A DNA stretch of 63,918 bases, the filler included, from Sphacelaria rigidula (Eukaryota), in the NCBI GenBank assembly GCA_964200075.2. It is 9 parts of 9 records of this genome, joined end to end, with 100 filler letters (N's around TTAATTAATTAA, not from the genome) between each part and the next. Parts side by side here need not be neighbours in the genome. Positions count along the whole stretch, not along the records: positions 56,907 to 63,918 come from CAXNAA020016956.1; 8 more parts are not named here. One strand, written 5' to 3'. Made by a program: the position numbers and the translations under genes. Each line of letters opens with the position of its first letter. The first letter of the stretch is position 1. The notes under the pieces were generated by a model. It saw nothing but the letters and a program-made list of their open reading frames with translations. It was not told the DNA's origin and made no database searches. This document shows positions 60,502 through 63,918 of the stretch, in pieces.

Positions 60502-60966
60502 CTGCACGGTGAGATACGCGGTGCGAAAATGAGAGGAGGCGTGTACGATTCGTGATGCAATGTGCAGAGACGCCCGGGGCACACAAAAGTCAAGTAGGCT
60601 GAACGCGTGACGTGAGAGTCGTTTCATATCGGAGCAGGAAGTGGACACATTTGCAAAACACGCCCATCCCAACGCACCAACCGGGGTGTGTGTTCACGAC
60701 AGTACTGTTGTGCTTATAGAATGGAGTGCGAAGAGATGTGATGATCAGCTCGTATTTTGCCAACGCTGCAGTGGTAGTGTATCATTATCTCAATACTGTA
60801 CCTTGAGAAGTAGGTACGATACAGGAACACTATTACTATGATCGTCAGGATAGCCTGTGCAGACAGCAGTAGTAGCATGTCCCACGTCCTGTACTCGTGG
60901 TCTCTTGCAGAACAGTGAAGTAGTATGATCTAATGGAAAATCTCGATAACAAGCGGCTACATACAC

Positions 60967-61107
60967 AGTCCTCGGTGTCTTCAGAGACAGCATCCACACG
61001 ATCGACCGTGCGCAGCGCTTGGCTGCCCGCAAACACCATGGTTTTCCCGGTGCTCGCCGCGGTCAGCCGGGCAGCAATAAACAGTTCGTCATGGGAAGAG
61101 AGGCAGT
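60967..61107 (-). CDS. Candidate upstream exon of the ELM2-motif gene
   Basis: 141 bp open (CLSSHDELFIAARLTAASTGKTMVFAGSQALRTVDRVDAVSEDTED), phase compatible with 60501; weak AAG acceptor. Confidence 0.35.
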
Positions 61108-62861
61108 CTTTGGAACTTCATCTCTGCGTTGTTGTACTGAGGAGTGCAGTGTGTGCGAGACAAGGGACAAGAGCAGAGATACAGGCAGGTGGTATCTGGA
61201 GGGAGCGTTTCTTTCTCTAGACAACTTCTCTTGGGGTTCTCGCTGCTCAGGCAAAAATCATGAAATGTTGTCTGGGATCGTCGGTTTTCAGTCTACGAAA
61301 TAAGTATGAGTTTTTCTTCGTCATTTTTGGAAAAACAATAAGTAGTCAGACTAAACCTTCGAAGAAAAACAGAAGGAAATACTTTTTTGGTGATTTTGGT
61401 AACACCTTTTTATACATGCGCAGTCCCTGTTTCGTCTCGGATGCTCTATTTCTTACTTCGATTGTGTCGCATTCCCCACATATTTTCGATGTTTCCTTGT
61501 TTCCCTGCGATCGCCGATAGGTTGACTTAGCGCTCTCTGGTGTCTTGCGCTTTGGCTCGATGTGTGTAATTACCACGCCCTGGTGATCTCATGTACAACT
61601 GACACCGCTGGAATGAAAAAAAACACGATTTGACTCCTGCCAGATGCATTTTTTTTTCTTCTTCATGTCATTTCCGTGGAGGCTTGGGGACATCAGTATC
61701 ACAAACAGTTTGTTTGATGAGAGTCGACGCCTTGCGGCAGTGCTGATCGAGTCCTCGATGCCGAAATGCAAGGTGTGTACCGGGCGAGAGATGGGTCGCG
61801 ATACAGTGGTCAATACTTCGTAGACAATGTAAACGCATACACTATAATGGCCGGCAAAGCAAACTAGGAGAATCTTGTAGTTGGGTATCTGGTGATTTTT
61901 CGCGTGCTACCGCTCATCACAGTCAATGCTTGATCCCAACGTTCGGGGATCAGGGAATGCTAGCACTTGTTTCACGTGCCTAGGAAAATAACACTTCTGC
62001 ACTCCATTTTGAACGGCCACGGGGTGACTGGTTCTCGGGGGTCCGGCGAGTTTACAGCGCCAGGTTCTGACTCTTCGGTATTTCTGTTCGATTGAACCAA
62101 TCCAATATATATATATATATATGTGTATACGTATTTTTTCTGAATTTCCACCTATTCATTGCACTCTAGTACAGAAACTATGCTGTTTGGACCATTGGTG
62201 TTCAATAACACCCCCTGATAAACGAGGTCTTACTCCATATTACCCCAACAACACCAACTTGGCGATCATCTCCTGAGCACGACCTGCTTATTTTCCCAAA
62301 ATCTATCGATTCTTCTCAACTTCGAGTGCCAAGGAAGAATAGTATGCGGGAAAAATATAAAAACACCCAACTACCAAGTTCGCAAAAAGTTGCAGACTAC
62401 TGGAACACAGATACAGGTAAAATGCAGTATGTAAACTACCGTGATTTTCGTGACAGGGTACCTTGATGTCAGATTCCTGCAGTTTCCGCAAACATTCTCT
62501 TTCTCGCGCAGTTGCCGCATTCGTCCGGCCCCGTACCGCCCGTGCCATACTTTCGCAAAATCAGGAACTGAGGTGCCGTAGGATTCACCATGACAAAATA
62601 CCGCCACATACGTCCCGCACTGATACCGCTAAAATCAAGTGCTATTCTGTATCGTCATTTTCCGAGAACCGGTTCCGAGGAACGCCCTGATTATTACAGG
62701 ACAGATTCAACCATGATACATCTTATCGGCAAAGGGTCTTCGAACATCATCCGATAAGGCTAGCAACGAGGCATCTCGGGCTTACGTATGTACGCAGTAT
62801 CCCTTGAAGCACGTGCGCGTTGCGATGAAGCAACGGCCACAAGTGCGGAATTGACTTTCGA

Positions 62862-63225
62862 GGCCGCTTTTATTGGCAAACCAACAAACCAACAAAAAAT
62901 CTGGTAAAACTGCCTTCTTGGGTCCTTCTGCATCGCTATACGTCCTAAAAGAGGGCTAGGCCGATGTTGACACTTGGAATAACTCGCTCTACTCGTTGAG
63001 ACGATTTCAGGACACTTTTGCGTTTTCCGGTGGCCGCAGTTTGTTTTTTGGGGAAACTTGCATTTTTTTTCAAGAGCGGGCAAGAACGGTCAAATCTTGA
63101 CAAACTGCGGCCACTGGAAAACGCAACGGTGTCCGGAAATCGTCTCAACGACAAGAGCAAGTCAATCCGAGGTGTCAAAAGCCGCATGGTCCTGGCGCAC
63201 AAGGACCAACAAGGCAGTTTTACAG
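62862..63225. mobile_element. Foldback MITE family C, right end lost near a SINE
   Basis: ggccgctttt left end; gttttccggtggccgcagtttg / aaactgcggccactggaaaacg arms. Confidence 0.8.
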
Positions 63226-63240
63226 CAGTTCTTTTCTGGA

Positions 63241-63458
63241 ACTGGTCGCCCCGGTGGCTCAGCTGGAGACCTCGAAACCTTCGGACGGATTGGACAGGGA
63301 TTCGAATCTCGGTGAAGTCACACGATCAGTTTTTTTTTTTTTTTTCTCACATGATGCTCAACAATGGAAAGCGACTTTGTCGTGAGTACACGAAGTTCGG
63401 CTTCACCGTCGACGAGAGAAAGAGACCACTGAACTCTTCTCGCGATAAAAAAGGAAGG
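63241..63458 (+). mobile_element. SINE family S1, 3'-truncated
   Basis: ggtcgccccggtggctcagctgg, gattcgaatctcgg, body up to ctcgcgataaaaaagg. Confidence 0.85.
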
Positions 63459-63918
63459 GATGACGGGGATGGTACCGTGGCACGCTGGGGTGCTGCGGGG
63501 AGCGGACAGGTTCACGACCTCATGGAACAAGGACAAGCCAGCCTACATTTGACTAAATGGTACATCAACAAAACCAACACAACTCTGCCGATGGCTCAGA
63601 GGAGGGAAAAGGATACATAGGGGAATACGTAAAAGGTTCAAGCTGACGATGCCAAAGCGGCCGAGGAGAGCAGGCGGGAGACGACAAAAAGTGTAGCCAG
63701 ATATGTACAGGCGTGAACATGGTGGAAGTCCATCATATATCTCCCCATGTCTTTATTTTTCGTACAAATTCCTGGCTCCCAATGTGTGCATTTTTCTCGG
63801 TCAGATTTTTTATTTATTTAACTTTTTGTAATTTATTTGGGTAGACCTTTTTTTTTTTTTTTTTTTCCTCTAATATAGGGACCTTTTTTCCATTCACTTC
63901 GCTTTCTCTAGTTTGGTG

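Noticed and set aside
63018-63620. 200-aa ORF
   Set aside because: It spans MITE C, SINE S1 and flanking DNA, so it is a composite chance ORF.

Overview
Eukaryotic, repeat-dense DNA, most likely from a brown alga (Ectocarpus-like; inferred from repeat families and intron style, not from a search). The window is not one locus. It is nine unrelated contigs of 7014, 7014, 7013 (x6) and 7012 bp, sorted by length and joined by artificial 100-bp spacers (N44-TTAATTAATTAA-N44), so nothing can be inferred across spacers. Content: (1) a degenerate DIRS/Ngaro-type tyrosine-recombinase retrotransposon (gag-like, RT, RNase H, start of YR) whose RT is split by two nested MITEs; (2) two tandem degenerate Ty1/copia copies separated by one LTR-like segment; (3) two tRNA-derived SINE families (9 and 2-3 copies); (4) many 5'-truncated LINE-like 3' ends sitting in C/G tracts; (5) about ten MITE families (Sola2-like, hAT-like, Tc1/mariner-like, Harbinger-like foldbacks, and two families with AACA...TGTT ends and 4-bp TSDs); (6) a ~230-bp satellite; (7) a few host-gene exons (a Pro/Ala/Gln-rich protein, an ELM2-motif exon). 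No rRNA, true tRNA or CRISPR array was seen. The best leads are a non-LTR retroelement group that appears to target poly(C)/poly(G) tracts, and the unclassified AACA-ended DNA transposons.
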